Program-made: the position numbers and the translations under genes
Shown: positions 59,885-64,000 of the stretch, one piece after another
Layout: the number at the start of each line of letters is the position of its first letter
Position numbering within the stretch: the first letter of the stretch is position 1
The notes under the pieces: model-generated
What the model saw: only the letters and a program-made list of their open reading frames with translations
What the model was told of the DNA's origin: nothing
The model's database searches: none
Assembly: GCA_040285855.1 (NCBI GenBank)
Contig: JAUFOQ010000006.1
Span: forward strand, 1,736,001 to 1,800,000
From: Eukaryota sp. GEM-RC1
Taxonomy: Eukaryota
Direction: 5' to 3'
DNA: 64,000 bases

Positions 59885-60848
59885 TAGAGATGGGAGCTGG
59901 CTCAAATTAGCCGGCTGAGCCGGCTAGCCGAGCCCGCCAACTGGTCCAGAATAGAAATATTTCCAGCTGCAAGCCGACTGGCTAAAAACATTTTTAGCCG
60001 GCTCAAGCCGGATACTTTAGGTTCTCTGAAAACATAGAACGAATAATGAATTTAAAAATCGAAAATAATCAAGTAGAGCGCTTATCAAAAAGTTTAGGGC
60101 TGATATTGTTTATCAACGTTCGTGCAACAATGGAATTGGTGAATATAGTTGATATTTATCGAATAATTGCCCTACTGTTTTTCTTGGGGGCACTGATAGT
60201 AGGACTGTCCAAATAAAGGACAGTCTGATAGTACATTCAATGCCTTATGTAGATTGTTCACCGTGTCTATTTCTGACACTTGATATGTCTATTACATCTT
60301 TTACGTCCATATAAAATGGATATACCTGTGTTCTTAGACAGTAAAAAACCTGGAGTCCGTCAGAGATCTTCTGCCAACGACTTTGTTTCTTTAGGACCAA
60401 TTAAGCTCCTTTTCAAAAGTACTACTGTACTGTTTTCTTATTTTAGGCAGACATCCAATTCCATAGTGGTGTTACGGTTGTTCCACAGATTTCCGTGATA
60501 TCTAAACTGATCAACGTCAAGTTTATAAGTGATAACCACAAAAATAAGTGACATGTAAAATCTGTGAAAACTGGAATGCACTGATCAATGATATCAGTAT
60601 TGTGTCGTTCTGATACTCGGTGTACATGTAGTTGTCATTATCAATGGTTCTGTTCGAGTATTTAGGCTAATTGCTTAAAAGTGCTATTGACTCGTTGGTT
60701 GATATACCAATAAAATGATACCAAAACTCGATGAGGCTGAGTCGGCTTCAGCCGGCTTGAGCTGGCTAAAATGTGTTGTAAGCCGCAGCCGGCTGGCTAA
60801 TGCCTGCGGCTGAGCCGTGAGTAAATTTTGAGCCGGCTCCCATCTACA
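59885..60848. mobile_element. Non-autonomous hAT-like element nested in an older CAGGGAT-type element starting at ~59786
   Basis: TIR TAGAGATGGGAGCTGGCTCAAA / TTTGAGCCGGCTCCCATCTACA; perfect TSD ATTGATAT; AGCCGGCT repeats. Confidence 0.85.
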
Positions 60849-61458
60849 ATTGATATTGTGGCCCGTTACAATAAATATATAGGAATATATTGCAATATTC
60901 CCCTATAACTCTACAGAGGTTATGAATTGTTCTACAAGGTACCGCACGTAACGGTATTTGTTCCTGCCAGTAAATGGAGGGTGATTATACACTATTTTCT
61001 AAGCAGAAAGAATTATTGTTGGTGGAAGCAGATATTAGAGCGAAGCTGATCTTCTTATGAATCAAGAATACTCTACAATCAAATTACAACAACACAGAAA
61101 CTGATCATGTGTTTCAACTCCGAATCATTATCAGTTTTTGGAAACAATTTGGATATAAAGTACGATATCAGTTGACAGATTTGATGGTGTCCTCGTCTCA
61201 ATGTTAGCCAAAGGTTTTAAAGTAGTTCTTTATATATATTCAGGTTTATAAACATCGAATTCCTAATGTTTATTAGGACTAACGAGTATCATCAATGTTG
61301 TTTGTTGTAGTTGTAAAGCAGTAAGAGCTCACCTTCCAAAGATTCGCGGGTAAGCGACGTTACCTTCAATGTTACCTGTAAGCATACTTGGAAAAGACAA
61401 ATACTGTATTTTTTTGTATTTTTGTATTTTTGTATTTTTCAGTCTCGATAAATAGTGT

Positions 61459-62433
61459 TTCCCAGAATCTCTGTCTGAAATACCTGAACGATGTTTGACT
61501 AATCTTCAGTTGTGTCTGAAAAAATTACAACAGAAACTCACAAATATTTTTGAAAGCCTGGATTATAATGTTCGACTTGTTTCTAATAGCTCTGCTTCAT
61601 GTCTGATTACTCAAATCCCTCAAGTTTACGGTCTTCTTCTTGATGATAACTCTTGGTCATTAAACATGCGTTTACGGTCATATATTTGGCCTGATATCCT
61701 TCCACATAATTTGAAATGCCAATGTGGGCAATCTGTAACACCTACACATTTATTGAATTGTAACCGTTTTATTTCTTTTAGAAGTGTGGTTCATGATTCA
61801 GTAAGGGATCAATTATATTGTATGTGTAAATCTTATGGAATAGTTTCCTTTTTAGAACCAGTTCTGGCTGGTTTTGTTGGATGATTCAGATGTTAACAAA
61901 TCGTTTGGAAATAGCCGTGGTGATGTCATATTTCCTGGTCTCGATGGATCTTTCATTATTGCTGATGTTATGTCTATCGATGTTTGTAATGATTCCAACA
62001 AGAAACTTGCTAAGTCTAATGCTCAAAACCCCTTGTTGATTGGTGAAAAATTTAAAATGCAAAAATATTGTGCTAAATTGAAATTATTGAATTCCGCTTC
62101 ACACTCGAATTACTTGTTGTACCCTTTTGTATTTTCACTGTACGGTTCTTTAGGTGAATCTGCAACATCATTACTTGAAATCTTTGTGAAGATAGTAAAA
62201 GAAAAAACATCTAGGACTTTTGATCTTAGATTTTGGAAAAATCGAATCGTGTTTGCTATCTTTAAAGGTATGGTTACTTCTGTATCTAGCGCTTTATTAT
62301 CTCTTGGCAGACATTATGAGGATAAGGTAGGTGAGAATTTCCAGTTAGGCAATCTGGACTTTGAGGATATTGATTATTAGATGTATGTACACTGTAGTGT
62401 TGTTGTCAATAAAACACTATGATTGAAAAAAAA
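61459..62433 (+). mobile_element. 5'-truncated RLE non-LTR retrotransposon (CRE-like, inferred)
   Basis: CQCG...HLLNC zinc knuckle, VHDSVRD, EP, RGDV, ADV, EKFKMQKY, PFVFSLYG, then AATAAA and poly(A). Confidence 0.85.
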
Positions 62434-64000
62434 ATACTGTATTTTTTGTATTTATTTAATAGTTGCAAAATACACGAACAAAATAATAATACAATACAGA
62501 ATACAAAAATACAGAATACAAAAATACAATACAGATACAGAATACAAATACAATACAGAATACTGTATTAAGTGTGTATTTTTTTCTTATAATTGCAAGT
62601 ATTAAACTAAGTGTATTGAGTCCAACGACTGCAAACGTGATTGATCTTCAGTAGACCTCTTCAGTACGCATTCTTAGACTTCTTTTATATATCAACCCAG
62701 TTGTTCTTTCGATTCTAAAATGCACCGAGGGTCCAAATGTTCATTTGGTCCACGGAAAGAACTGACGTGCAGTTATACAGTTATACAATGTGACGTTGGA
62801 CACTTTTTGTCTCGTGCATTAGTTGTAAATCGTCTTAATATACCACTGGTAGGTAACAAAGTTTAAACTCGAAATCATAATCACCAAATACTACATGTAA
62901 ATCTTCAAAACAGGATCAAACTGAGTGTCGTGCAGCTCGTCTCATCAGGGTTTTGAGTCTTCATCACAGACTGACAGTAGTGCAGCTAGATTGCACAACT
63001 TCACATGGTTTGGTATTTTTCAATTCTTTAGAATGACAACTATTAAGCGTTTCTAAATTTTTGTTACTTGACTTTGATCGGTTTTTCACTTGTTAGTCAT
63101 CTAGCATACGCCGTTGACGTACTGTAATGGAACGTTTACAAAAATCCCACAATTGTACTACTGTTTATGCAAGCTGTAAAAATGAAAACGAATTATTTAT
63201 TCTAAGTGTAATAGACAATAACACTACTGTAAAAATGAACATGGATCAATTGTACCAAACAATAGTATAATTGTTCAGCAAGATCCACTGTCGAGTGCTT
63301 CTCTCATTAATTCAGTCATTTTCATCAATTAAAGGGGCTTTCGGGCTGATAGCAAAAATACCAAAAATGCAAATACATAATACACTTTTCCACAAAAAAA
63401 TACAATACATAATACAGAAAAAATACAGAATACAAAAAAAATACTTTATTCTGTATTTTGCAACTACTGTATGTTTATTTTTACTGAATTAATACTGTAT
63501 TTTCTGTATTTCTATGGATAGAATGGTACCAGAACAATCTTTGGATAAAGATGTACTGTTGTTTGTAGCATAATTTTATATCATACATCGTTCCTTCCCC
63601 GTGTGTTTTCATTAATGACGCCTAATGGCAACAGTACTGTTCTATTGTCTCTATTTCTACGTGGTGTCCCTACTTTTGAAACATACTAGACACCAATTGG
63701 TCTTATCTTGACCATGAAGAGTCAAAAAAACCGAAATGTCTTTCACGTTCAACATTGGGTAGGTCTCTAGGCCTGCAATTCAATTTAAAGTCAACTTTAG
63801 AAAACATGAAACACTATTGACTCAATTAACATGATCAAAGATCTCGTGTTGATGTAGTTCATCTGGAGAACGAAGATGTTTTTGATGATGACAATGATGA
63901 CACCATAGGCAACTATGTTATATTGGAAGATGAATTGGAATTGCAAGTGCAAGTGCAAATAGTTGTAATTGAAGAATATATTGTGTTGCCACAAACTCGT

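Noticed and set aside
62434..63510. AATACA/ATACAGA-rich ORFs and repeats
   Set aside because: Low-complexity subterminal repeats of decayed elements; TIR and TSD could not be defined.

Overview
AT-rich, gene-compact, nearly intron-free eukaryotic (protist-like; lineage is inference) DNA using the standard code. About 2-39 kb holds host genes: DUS1-like, GlnRS, ankyrin-FYVE, DSC3-like, a duplicated membrane protein, tRNA-Pro(AGG), NEK kinase, ZIP4/TEX11, DDX27, SFT2, small GTPase, Top6B-like, CNOT1, BPI-like and GET2-like. Several are head-to-head pairs 15-55 bp apart, and only two tiny introns (27 and 29 nt) were found. About 39-64 kb is mobile-element rich: hAT-type non-autonomous elements with 8-bp TSDs, a two-ORF DD34E IS630/Tc1/mariner element plus a deleted sister copy, and RLE non-LTR fragments. 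The top finding is a disrupted ~3.1 kb minus-strand gene (55734-58859) in which a family-B DNA polymerase-type DEDDy 3'-5' exonuclease domain runs in frame into a Fanzor1 (TnpB-like RNA-guided nuclease), with a hairpin-rich candidate omegaRNA downstream. A shared TTTGCCTGCA motif lies just upstream of two meiotic genes and one orphan gene. Many frameshifts fall in homopolymers and are probably assembly errors. All family calls come from motif recognition by eye, not database searches.
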